Assembly: GCA_013203315.1 (NCBI GenBank) | Contig: JABMQJ010000016.1 | Coordinates: 12,245-76,244 of the forward strand | DNA length: 64,000 nt | Source of the DNA: Candidatus Omnitrophota bacterium | GTDB lineage: Bacteria > Omnitrophota > Gorgyraeia > JABMRN01 > RBG-13-46-9 | Reading direction: 5' to 3' | Shown: piece by piece, positions 10,487 through 19,585 of the stretch | Layout: each line of letters opens with the position of its first letter | How positions within the stretch are numbered: position 1 is the stretch's first letter | The notes under the pieces: generated by a model | What the model was told of the DNA's origin: nothing | Databases searched by the model: none | Seen by the model: only the letters and a program-made list of their open reading frames with translations | Position numbers and translations under genes: made by a program

Positions 10487-12496
10487 ATGAAGATCAGCAT
10501 AATACTTTTTATAATCATATCCCTGGGGGTATTGGCGTATAGCAATTCTTTGGGCAACAGCTTTGTATGGGATGACTCCGGCTTTATAATCAAAAACGAT
10601 TTTATAAAAGACCCCAAGCTAATTTCCTCATATTTTACTTCCAAAGAGGCCCTGGCAAAAGGAAGTCTTGCCGGTGAGAATTACAGGCCATTCCTGACGC
10701 TTTCGTACGCGATAGATTACTTTTTCTGGCGGTTAAACCCGCTCGGCTACCACATCTCAAACCTTTTTTTTCATATACTATGCGCCATTTTGCTTTTTTT
10801 CATTGTGCTAATTCTCACAAAAGACAGGATCGTAAGTCTATTTACGGCCCTTTTTTTTGTAACTCATCCGATACAGACCGAAGCAGTTACCTGGATATCC
10901 GGAAGGGCTGATGTTCTCTTCTTATTTTTTTATTTGTCTTCACTGCTTTTATATATCAACTTTGTAACGCGCGGGCGACCGGGACTTTATTTTCTTTCGC
11001 TCATTGCTTTTGCATGTTCGCTTTTTTCAAAGGAAATGGCAGCGAGTTTACCCTTCATAATAATCTTGTACGATATTTTTTACGGAAAAAAAGAAAAAAT
11101 CAGCGCGCGCGCGGTAAGGTATTTTAGTTTTTTTTTAATACTTGAGTCTTACATAATTCTGCGCCTTCATATTATAGGAAAACTTGCGCAGACCGGTTAC
11201 TGGACAGGGGATGTATACACGACCTTTCTTTCGATGGCTCGCGGCGTTGTATTTTATATAAAACTACTTTTGTATCCGGTTAACTTGTGCGCTGATTATC
11301 TGAAGTTTCCGCTCTCAGACTCTATTAAAGAGCCCGGGGTAATTTTTTCCATTGCGGTGATAGGCATGCTTTTAGGCGTGGCATTAAAGCTTTCCAGGAA
11401 GCATAAGCACATTTCTTTTTCCATACTCTGGTTTTTTATAACCCTGGGCCCCGTTATAAACATTATCCCCATCAATATATTAATAGCGGAGCGTTTTCTG
11501 TATTTACCATCAATAGGATACTGCCTGCTAATCGCCGTGCTTATAGCAGGAGCCGCGGACAAGATGAAAAAAATAAAAGGCTTAATTTATTTGCCACTCG
11601 CTTTTGCTGTTTTTTTAGTCGGTGCATATTCGTATTTAACCATGATGCGAAACGAAGATTGGGCAGATGATGTAACGCTATGGGAGCAGACTGTCCAAGT
11701 ATGTCCCAACAACGAAAGGGCGCATCACAATTTAGCGGCATCTTATATCATAAAGGGAACCGATATCGAAGAGGCGCATAAACAAGCTCTGAAAGCCCTC
11801 GAAATTGAGCCGGGTTATTCCCGTTCGAGATTAGTGGTGGCAACATACCTTATCAACAAAAATAAACCGCCAGATGCCATTGCGGAAATTAAAAGGGCAA
11901 TAAAGGATGATCCGTATTTTGTGGAAGCGTATGCCTTTTTAGGTAATATTTATACGTTTCTGGGGGAGTACGAAAAAGCGTATAACGAATACAAAAAAGC
12001 GCTGATATTAAAGCCGGACTTTCTTGAAGCCAGTATAAATGTGGCAACACTTTATTTAATAAAAGGCGACATGGGTTCAGGCATTGAAGAGTTCAATAAA
12101 ATCCTAAAAAGGCCCAGGGTTCGGCATCACAAATCGATTTATGCCGCGGTATACCTAAGACTGGGAGATGCCTATTTTACAGCAGGTGACGAAAAAAGCG
12201 CCATGCGGGCCTGGCGTAAGGTTCATGAGGACTTTGCTACCGAAATATGGTTTCACGAGATATCCAAATTTCTTATAGGGGAAATTACACTGGAGGGCTT
12301 ACTCCGTGAATCCGACAGTTGGCAACCGGAATTTAAGGCCATATGCTATTACTATGTCGGCTTAAAAAAAGAGATGCAGCGCGATTTTGAGGGCGCTAAA
12401 ATCTATTACGAACAATCCAAAAACCTTATCACGAAAACGTTTCAGCAAGTCCGGGTGCTTGCAGAGAGACGCTTACTAGCGCTGGAAGAAAAATAA
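10487..12496 (+). CDS. TMTC-like GT-C fold protein O-glycosyltransferase with C-terminal TPRs
   Basis: FVWDD, YRP, HPIQTEAVTWISGRADVL, SKE, AERFLYLPS and RNxDW motifs; multi-TM plus TPR. Start moved to ATG 10487 because the ORF-track start lies inside the terminator. Confidence 0.85.
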   Translation: MKISIILFIIISLGVLAYSNSLGNSFVWDDSGFIIKNDFIKDPKLISSYFTSKEALAKGSLAGENYRPFLTLSYAIDYFFWRLNPLGYHISNLFFHILCAILLFFIVLILTKDRIVSLFTALFFVTHPIQTEAVTWISGRADVLFLFFYLSSLLLYINFVTRGRPGLYFLSLIAFACSLFSKEMAASLPFIIILYDIFYGKKEKISARAVRYFSFFLILESYIILRLHIIGKLAQTGYWTGDVYTTFLSMARGVVFYIKLLLYPVNLCADYLKFPLSDSIKEPGVIFSIAVIGMLLGVALKLSRKHKHISFSILWFFITLGPVINIIPINILIAERFLYLPSIGYCLLIAVLIAGAADKMKKIKGLIYLPLAFAVFLVGAYSYLTMMRNEDWADDVTLWEQTVQVCPNNERAHHNLAASYIIKGTDIEEAHKQALKALEIEPGYSRSRLVVATYLINKNKPPDAIAEIKRAIKDDPYFVEAYAFLGNIYTFLGEYEKAYNEYKKALILKPDFLEASINVATLYLIKGDMGSGIEEFNKILKRPRVRHHKSIYAAVYLRLGDAYFTAGDEKSAMRAWRKVHEDFATEIWFHEISKFLIGEITLEGLLRESDSWQPEFKAICYYYVGLKKEMQRDFEGAKIYYEQSKNLITKTFQQVRVLAERRLLALEEK

Positions 12497-12509
12497 AGCG
12501 GAGGCAATT

Positions 12510-13274
12510 ATGCTTGAAGGCAAGAAAATTATTGTGGTCATGCCGGCTTACAACGCGGAAAAAACGCTTAAAAAAACCTATGATGAAATTCCAAAAGAAA
12601 TCGTAGATGAGATCCTTGTAATAGACGACTATTCTACCGACAGAACAGTTGAGGTCGCCAGGGGGATGGGGCTCGAAGTTTATGAGCACGAGAAAAATAA
12701 GGGGTATGGAGCGAACCAAAAAACATGTTACAGCCAGGCCCTTAAGAAGGGCGCCGATATCGTAATAATGCTTCATCCCGATTATCAATATCCGCCTAAG
12801 CTTATAACTGCAATGGCAGGCCTCGTGTCCTCAGGTATTTTTGACGTGGTTTTGGGCTCCAGGATTCTGGGGGGTATGGCCATTAAAGGGGGCATGCCTC
12901 GATATAAGTATTTTTTCAACAGAATGCTTACCTTAGCCGAGAATGTTTTAATAGGCCAGAAACTTTCGGAGTATCACACCGGTTTCAGGGCATTTTCCAA
13001 AGAAGCGCTGAAAAAAATTCCTCTTTTAGAGAATTCCGACGATTTTTTATTTGATAACCAGATGCTTGTTCAGGCGATTTTCTTTGGTTTTAAGATCGGT
13101 GAGATAACGGCGCCCTCTAAATACACTAAAGAATCATCATCGATAGGGTTTAGGAGAAGTTTAGTCTATGGTGTTGGCGTAATCACTACGGCCATGAAAT
13201 TTGCCATTCAAAAACTGAAAATAGCCCGGTTTCCTATGTTCGATGAAGAGGGGGCGAAGCTTGACAAACCATAA
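12510..13274 (+). CDS. GT2 glycosyltransferase, polyprenol-phosphate hexose synthase-like (Dpm1/Ppm1 type)
   Basis: VVMPAYN, IDDYSTD, NKGYG, HPDYQY, LGSR, YHTGFRAF. Confidence 0.88.
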   Translation: MLEGKKIIVVMPAYNAEKTLKKTYDEIPKEIVDEILVIDDYSTDRTVEVARGMGLEVYEHEKNKGYGANQKTCYSQALKKGADIVIMLHPDYQYPPKLITAMAGLVSSGIFDVVLGSRILGGMAIKGGMPRYKYFFNRMLTLAENVLIGQKLSEYHTGFRAFSKEALKKIPLLENSDDFLFDNQMLVQAIFFGFKIGEITAPSKYTKESSSIGFRRSLVYGVGVITTAMKFAIQKLKIARFPMFDEEGAKLDKP

Positions 13275-13291
13275 TAATATGGTAGTATAGT
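13261..13291 (+). promoter_or_regulatory. Promoter of pilMNOPQ (probably leaderless or near-leaderless)
   Basis: TTGACA followed by TGG-TAGTAT / TATAGT, 7-10 nt before the ATG. Confidence 0.55.
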
Positions 13292-13298
13292 AGCATAA

Positions 13299-14324
13299 AT
13301 GAAGAAAAAAGCGGCAAAGCGAAAAGAGACTCATGTCGGCTTAGACATCGGCGCCCGGCTTATAAAGGCATTAGAGGTATCGCAAGAAGGAGAAACGCAA
13401 AGGCTTAACAAGATCCAGGTCGTCGAAATAGACACGCCTCCGACCAGCGAAAAAACAGCCAAAGCGTTAAAATCCCTGTTCGATAAATTTCAGCCCTCCG
13501 TCAAAGAAGTTAACATTTCCCTTGCTGCGCCATCCGCCATTGTAAGATTTATCAGCATGCCCAAAATGACAAAAGAAGACCTCAAAAATTCCCTTCACTT
13601 CGAAGCCGAAAAATATATCCCGTTTAATATAAACGAAGTGTTCATTGACGCCTCAATTCTGGACGACGCAAGTGAAGGGCACAGCAAGGATATGCGCGTT
13701 CTCCTGGCGGCGGCAAAAAAAGACGCCGTGGATTCAAAGATTGCCACGTTAAAAGAGCTCGGGAGTTCTGTTTCGGTGGTAGATATTGACGGCTTTGCAT
13801 GCTTTAACGCCCTCTGTAATTCCCGCGGGAAACTTGATGGCTCAAAGAGTGCGGCAGTTTTGAATATTGGCTATACTCAAACCAACGTTATCATAGCCCA
13901 GGGTGAGAGTCCTTTTTTCACAAGAGATATACAGATTGGCGCCAGAGACATTTCCAAGGCTATTTCCGACCACCTCAAGATCGAGGAAAAAGGGGCGGAT
14001 AAGTTTATATTTGACCCGAAAGACAAAGCCACAGAAATTTTTGAAGCCGCGAAATCGGTTTTAAACAATCTCGCAGATGAATTAAGGCTCTCGTTCGGAT
14101 ACTACGAGAATCAAAACGGCAAAAGTATTAATGAAATTTATATATCCGGCGGCACGACACGGCTAGGCGGCATCGTGGATTACCTGGAGGAAAATTTCGG
14201 AATGAAACCCATAATCTGGGATCCGTTTTCGAAATTCGAAATTAGCCCGGACATAGACGCAAAATCGCTGGAACCATTGCGTTCGCAATTTGCAGTCGCT
14301 GCCGGCCTTGCCATCAGAAAATAA
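13299..14324 (+). CDS. pilM: Type IV pilus assembly protein PilM
   Basis: VGLDIG, EAEKYIPF, VLNIG, IYISGG, VAAGLA actin-like motifs. Confidence 0.94.
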   Translation: MKKKAAKRKETHVGLDIGARLIKALEVSQEGETQRLNKIQVVEIDTPPTSEKTAKALKSLFDKFQPSVKEVNISLAAPSAIVRFISMPKMTKEDLKNSLHFEAEKYIPFNINEVFIDASILDDASEGHSKDMRVLLAAAKKDAVDSKIATLKELGSSVSVVDIDGFACFNALCNSRGKLDGSKSAAVLNIGYTQTNVIIAQGESPFFTRDIQIGARDISKAISDHLKIEEKGADKFIFDPKDKATEIFEAAKSVLNNLADELRLSFGYYENQNGKSINEIYISGGTTRLGGIVDYLEENFGMKPIIWDPFSKFEISPDIDAKSLEPLRSQFAVAAGLAIRK

Positions 14325-14335
14325 AAGACTAAAAC

Positions 14336-15001
14336 ATGATCGAACTGAACCTGCTGCCCGAAGAGCTTAAGAAGAAGAAAAAAAGAATCGAATTACCCGA
14401 GATTCCGTTTATCCCGATTAGCATTGCTTTAATCGCAGCGCTTGTAGTAATTCAGCTTTTATTAAGCGGTTGGATAGCGGCAACCAAATCGCAGATTTCT
14501 TCTTTGGAGAAAACCTGGAAGGATTTAGCGCCAAAAAAAACGGAATTTGAAAGTATAAAAAAGAAGATTTCCGCTATCACCGGGAAGGCGCAGACCATTG
14601 AGTATCTTATCGATAAGCGTGTGAGCTGGGCACGTTTTTTAAATGAGTTAAGCGACAGCGTCACAAGCAACGTTTGGCTTACAGGCCTCTCGTACAGCGA
14701 AAAAAGCGGAGTGCCCGTCACCAGGGCTTCGTCAAAAATTAAAACAAAATCCTCCCCGAATCCAAAAACCAAAACCCGCCGAGAACGCACTCTTACGATA
14801 TCCGGCTCTGCCTCCGGAAGAGGGGAAGAGGCAACAGCATACATTGCGCGCTTCATACAGTCCCTGAAAGATAACGGTGACTTTTTTAAGAATTTTAACG
14901 ATATCGAACTCGTTTCTATAAAACAAGATTCCGTGGCAGACCAGAATGTCATGGACTTCAACCTTGCTTGCAGATTTAAACCCGATGCGGCAGGAGACTA
15001 A
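14336..15001 (+). CDS. pilN: PilN
   Basis: N-terminal IELNLLP motif, one TM, coiled coil, VWLTGL. Confidence 0.88.
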   Translation: MIELNLLPEELKKKKKRIELPEIPFIPISIALIAALVVIQLLLSGWIAATKSQISSLEKTWKDLAPKKTEFESIKKKISAITGKAQTIEYLIDKRVSWARFLNELSDSVTSNVWLTGLSYSEKSGVPVTRASSKIKTKSSPNPKTKTRRERTLTISGSASGRGEEATAYIARFIQSLKDNGDFFKNFNDIELVSIKQDSVADQNVMDFNLACRFKPDAAGD

Positions 15002-15619
15002 ATGACGGCTTTACCAGGTTTATTTAAGAACATGCCCGAGCTTGCGCTGGATAAATCGAAAAAGAGAATACTGCTTGTTTATGCCGGTATTTTATTAGCG
15101 GCCCTTGCGATCTACTTTTTGGTTTTTTTGAAACCGACCCTTGCAAGGTTATCCGATTTGGTTCCAAAAGCGCAAGCCCTTCGAACGGACATAAAAGCAG
15201 TCCAAAACGAGCTTCCTTTCGAAGATAAGCTCAAGCAAAAACTTGAAAGCCTGCAGGGTGAATTAGGCGGCTACGAAAAGAAGCTTTCGCGGGAAAAAGA
15301 AATACCAATGCTCCTGGAAAGTCTTTCCAAGATGGCAAACGAATCCCGTGTAAAAATATTGGGTATAACGCCGCTCGGTAAAACCTCCGGGAGGCAAGGA
15401 ACCGATGTTGCCGACAACGAACGTATTTACCAGGAAGTCCCTATTGCAATAAGCGCCGAGAGTGCATACCACGCATTGGGCGATTTTATAAGCAAGTTGG
15501 AAAATGACGAACGTTACATGCAGGTTTCGGATATGAAAATCACACCCAACAAGGTTACGCCGAAACGACACAATGTCGAATTCATAGTGTACGCTTATAC
15601 GTTTAAGGGGGACGAATAG
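15002..15619 (+). CDS. pilO: PilO
   Basis: TM plus coiled coil, EIPMLL, EVPIAI...YHALGDFI; synteny. Confidence 0.88.
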   Translation: MTALPGLFKNMPELALDKSKKRILLVYAGILLAALAIYFLVFLKPTLARLSDLVPKAQALRTDIKAVQNELPFEDKLKQKLESLQGELGGYEKKLSREKEIPMLLESLSKMANESRVKILGITPLGKTSGRQGTDVADNERIYQEVPIAISAESAYHALGDFISKLENDERYMQVSDMKITPNKVTPKRHNVEFIVYAYTFKGDE

Positions 15620-15988
15620 ATGAGCACGAAATGCATATGTATTTTAGCGCTCCTTTTCGTTGTCTCAATTTCTTTTAGCGTTATTGCGCATGCAGACGGG
15701 TCTTATGTCTACGACTCGCACGGCAGGCGCGATCCGTTTGTCCCGCTTTTAGGCGTAACATCCGGACCCCTGGGGTCGTTGGAAGATATTATGGGCATAG
15801 AAGACGTAAGCCTCCAAGGGCTTGCCGTTGACTCCGCCGGCAGAAAAGTCGTTGTAATAAACGGTGAGATGGTAATCGAAGGCCAGACCGTAGGCCGTCT
15901 TACCGTGAAAAAAATTTTAAAAGACGAGGTCATATTGATTATAGATTATCGGGAGTATACGCTTAATCTTTATCAGGATAAAGATTAG
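15620..15988 (+). CDS. pilP: PilP-like protein
   Basis: Signal peptide, GRRDPFVP motif; between pilO and pilQ. Confidence 0.72.
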   Translation: MSTKCICILALLFVVSISFSVIAHADGSYVYDSHGRRDPFVPLLGVTSGPLGSLEDIMGIEDVSLQGLAVDSAGRKVVVINGEMVIEGQTVGRLTVKKILKDEVILIIDYREYTLNLYQDKD

Positions 15989-16005
15989 ATAAAACGGAGG
16001 AAAAA

Positions 16006-17616
16006 ATGGCTAAAACAAAATTATGCATTCTCATTATCGCTTGTTTATTTACATTTCCGGTTCTCTCGGGACATTCCCAGGAAGCAGTGATTATGCCAAC
16101 GGGCATCGCGGAGCAAGGTATCACGGCGATAGACGAAGGAGCCCCTCATGTTAGCCCGGGTAATGTTACGGTAAATTTTAAAGAAGCCGACATACGCGCT
16201 GTATTGAATTACCTCGCCGAAGTAAGCGGGGTGGATATTGTTCCCGCGCCGGACGTATCGGGGCCCGTTACGCTTAAGCTGAGCGACAAGCCGTGGAATG
16301 TGGCGCTCGATATTATTGTAAAAAATTACGGGTATGCGTATGAGCGCGAAGGAGGCATTATAAGAGTTGTAACGGTGAGTAGCCTCCAACAGGAAGAATT
16401 GTCTACGGAGGTTATCATGTTAAACTATAGCGCAGCCGAAGACGCCAAGGCAGCGGTTACGGATATGCTGACAGCCCGCGGCAAGCTAACGTTTGACAGC
16501 AGGACGAATTCCCTTATTGTTACCGACCTTGCTACGAACATTTATAAAATAAAAAAGGTCATCGAGCGAATAGACAGAAAAACGCCCCAGGTCATGATAG
16601 AGGCTAGAATACTTGAGACGCTTTTAGAGGATGATGAGAAGATGGGCATTGACTGGACGCTCAAGATCGCGGCTATCGGAGCTAAGAGGCCAACAACGAT
16701 GCCGTTTGCAAATTGGGGGTATCGAGATATACTTCCCCATGCCTTGGATCGATTTTATCCGTTTGGGCAGACTGGACAAAATACGCTGACGGGTGGAATT
16801 CTCGCTGGTACATCGGTGTCAACCGATGCAGTTGAATTTCCAAGCGTGTCAACAATGGATGGACCCACTTCGTTTCCTTTCGTAGATCCCAGTGCATTTA
16901 CCTACGGAACGTTGGATTTTTCGCAGTTCCAGGCAGTGCTTGAACTCTTAAAGCAAAGGCGAAGAACAGAAATTATATCAAATCCGAGAATCACGACGCT
17001 AAATAACGAAGAAGCAAAAATTCTCGTGGGCAGGGTTTACAATTTCCCGAAATTCGACCAGGCAGAGGAAACAGGCCGTTGGGTCATAAGCGGATATGAG
17101 GCAAAGGAACTGGGTATCAAACTTCTGGTGACTCCCCAGGTTAATGAAAACCAGGAAATAGTCGTTGATCTTAAGCCGGAAATCAGTAACTTCCTGGGCC
17201 TTGAAAAGATAAGCGAAGAGCTGAGCGCGCCTCTATGGTCAACCAGGGAGGCCGATACCCATGTCATGGTTAAAGACGGCGATACTATTTTTATAGGCGG
17301 GCTTGTAAGGGAAAACAATATCGAAGTGGACAAAAAAGTTCCGCTACTCGGCGATCTATTTGGCGACATACCGCTGGTGGGAGGCCTTTTCAAGCACAAG
17401 GGGGTAAATAACGAAAAAACCGAACTGATTTTCTTTATAACAGTCCATATCGTAAAAGACATGAAAGAGTTGGCGCAGATAGCTATGAGAGGCGTATCTG
17501 CGACAACGATGCCTGCGGATCTTTTAGAGAAAATCACCACGCCAGTAAGTATCGAGAAAAAGCCAATCTTTGACTTCAGGAAAAAAACCGATGCATCCGT
17601 AAAAGGAAAAAAGTAA
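16006..17616 (+). CDS. pilQ: Secretin PilQ
   Basis: N0/N3 domains, QVMIEARI, SNPRITTLNN, GIKLLVTPQV, KVPLLGD. Confidence 0.93.
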   Translation: MAKTKLCILIIACLFTFPVLSGHSQEAVIMPTGIAEQGITAIDEGAPHVSPGNVTVNFKEADIRAVLNYLAEVSGVDIVPAPDVSGPVTLKLSDKPWNVALDIIVKNYGYAYEREGGIIRVVTVSSLQQEELSTEVIMLNYSAAEDAKAAVTDMLTARGKLTFDSRTNSLIVTDLATNIYKIKKVIERIDRKTPQVMIEARILETLLEDDEKMGIDWTLKIAAIGAKRPTTMPFANWGYRDILPHALDRFYPFGQTGQNTLTGGILAGTSVSTDAVEFPSVSTMDGPTSFPFVDPSAFTYGTLDFSQFQAVLELLKQRRRTEIISNPRITTLNNEEAKILVGRVYNFPKFDQAEETGRWVISGYEAKELGIKLLVTPQVNENQEIVVDLKPEISNFLGLEKISEELSAPLWSTREADTHVMVKDGDTIFIGGLVRENNIEVDKKVPLLGDLFGDIPLVGGLFKHKGVNNEKTELIFFITVHIVKDMKELAQIAMRGVSATTMPADLLEKITTPVSIEKKPIFDFRKKTDASVKGKK

Positions 17617-17623
17617 GGCCCTG

Positions 17624-19138
17624 ATGAAGCAAATTTTAATTAATGTCGAACCATATGAGAAGAGGGTCGCCGTTACCCTGAGGGGCACCCTGGAAGAGTT
17701 TCACATTGAAAGAGCCGACCAGGCGCGCCTTGCAGGCAATGTCTATAAAGGCGTTATCGAATCCGTAGTGCCGGGCATAGGGGCGCTTTTTGTAAACATA
17801 GGAACGGGCAAGAACGGTTTCTTATACATAGACGACCTTGAAGGGAGCAGGTCGCAGCCGCTCCTGGAAGAGGAGGTGGCTGTCAATAAAAAGGGGAAGA
17901 TACCTGGTTTTTTTGCGAGAAAAAACCCGCCCCCCAAGCAGAGCGTTTCTCCCGGACGCCCCAAAAAGGGCCAGGAGGTTATTGTTCAGGTTGTAAAAGA
18001 GCCGATCGGCACAAAGGGCCCGCTCCTTACTACGGATATAAGCCTGCCCGGAAAGTATATTGTCTTTATGCCGTTTAATGACACTGTAGGTGTTTCCAAG
18101 CGCGTCGAGGACAGGCAGAAGAGGGCAAGGCTGAAAGAGGTTTTGGAAAAATTAGACTTGCCTAAAGGTATGGGGTGCATCGCCAGGACGCAGAGCATCG
18201 AAGCGAATCCGAGGCAGATCCGGTTAGAATTTAAGTATCTCCTTAGCCTGTGGTCTCGCATACAGCAACGCGCCGAAAAACAAAGGGCACCTCTGGCGGT
18301 CTACGAGGAATACGGCCTTCCTCTTAGAATTATACGCGATTATTTCGACGAGGACATAGAGAAAATTTTAGTCGACTCAAGAGAAGAGTATAAAAAGATC
18401 GCGCGTTTTGCCGGCTCCATACAGTCTAACTTAAGAAAAAAGATTTTTTATTACAGGGGAAAAACTCCCCTTTATGAAAAATACGGCATCGAGGAACGCA
18501 TAGAAAAAATATTTCACAGGAAAATATTTTTAAAAAGCGGAGGGTCTATCGTAATAGAGCAAACAGAGGGACTCGTCGCCATCGACGTAAATACCGGTAA
18601 GTTCACCGGCAAAAGGAATCCTGAGGAAACAGTTTTTAAAACAAATATGGAAGCTACCCAGGAAGTCGCAAGACAGGTGATGCTTCGCGACATAGGCGGC
18701 ATTATAGTTATAGATTTTATTGACATGGCTGACAGGGGGCACAGGAAAGAGGTCACGAGGGCGCTTGAGAGCGCGTTCAAAAGAGACAAGGCGAAGATAA
18801 ATATTTCACCTATTTCATCTATTGGCCTTGTTGAAATGACCCGCCAGAGGATAAGAAAAAGTTTAGAAAGCGTCTCTTTCAGGGAATGCCCGTATTGTAA
18901 CGGCATGGGCCGCGTAAAAACACCCGCAACTATTGCAATCGCAGCTATCCGAAAGCTACGCAGGAAACTCGCCGAAAAATCCCCGAGAGAGGTTTTTATA
19001 ATAGCGCACCCCGACGTAGCCGATCACCTGGAAGCGGTGTTCAAAAACACGCTTCGTTTTCTGGAGAGAAGATTCAGAAAACGCATCACGATAAAACGTG
19101 ATTCAAAAATCCACGTCGAAGATATATATTTTGAGTAA
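17624..19138 (+). CDS. rng: Ribonuclease G (RNase E/G family)
   Basis: GNVYKG S1 domain, IDVNTG, DIGGIIVIDFIDM, EMTRQR, CPYC. Confidence 0.94.
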   Translation: MKQILINVEPYEKRVAVTLRGTLEEFHIERADQARLAGNVYKGVIESVVPGIGALFVNIGTGKNGFLYIDDLEGSRSQPLLEEEVAVNKKGKIPGFFARKNPPPKQSVSPGRPKKGQEVIVQVVKEPIGTKGPLLTTDISLPGKYIVFMPFNDTVGVSKRVEDRQKRARLKEVLEKLDLPKGMGCIARTQSIEANPRQIRLEFKYLLSLWSRIQQRAEKQRAPLAVYEEYGLPLRIIRDYFDEDIEKILVDSREEYKKIARFAGSIQSNLRKKIFYYRGKTPLYEKYGIEERIEKIFHRKIFLKSGGSIVIEQTEGLVAIDVNTGKFTGKRNPEETVFKTNMEATQEVARQVMLRDIGGIIVIDFIDMADRGHRKEVTRALESAFKRDKAKINISPISSIGLVEMTRQRIRKSLESVSFRECPYCNGMGRVKTPATIAIAAIRKLRRKLAEKSPREVFIIAHPDVADHLEAVFKNTLRFLERRFRKRITIKRDSKIHVEDIYFE

Positions 19139-19158
19139 AACAAGAATGGGTAACCCGC

Positions 19159-19581
19159 ATGCAATGGAGCAAACGACCGAATAATAACGGCACCACCCTA
19201 GTTGAAATACTCTTTTCGGCCGCAATTCTTGCCATGGTCGTATCGGGTGTACTTTTTATATTTGCCCAAACGCTTGACATGTCAAAAAGAATCGATTATG
19301 AATATACAGCGACAAATCTTGCCAAGGCGAGAATGGAAAGGGCAAGAGCCGTTATAGAATCAAGTGGGTTCGATTCCCTGGGCGATTTAAACGAAACCGA
19401 TACAATGGTAGATGAAACCGGCGGCGGGAACCTAAGCGGCGACTTTAAACGCTCGACAACGGTAACCGTACTTGATGCAAACCGCACGCAATTTGAAGTC
19501 GTAGTCATATATAAATATAGGGGTAACTGGAAGAATGATGCTTCCGTAACGCTTACTACAATTTTTTCGACAATACAGTAA
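19159..19581 (+). CDS. Minor pilin, PilV-like
   Basis: G/TTLVEIL prepilin motif. Confidence 0.78.
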   Translation: MQWSKRPNNNGTTLVEILFSAAILAMVVSGVLFIFAQTLDMSKRIDYEYTATNLAKARMERARAVIESSGFDSLGDLNETDTMVDETGGGNLSGDFKRSTTVTVLDANRTQFEVVVIYKYRGNWKNDASVTLTTIFSTIQ

Positions 19582-19585
19582 TAGT

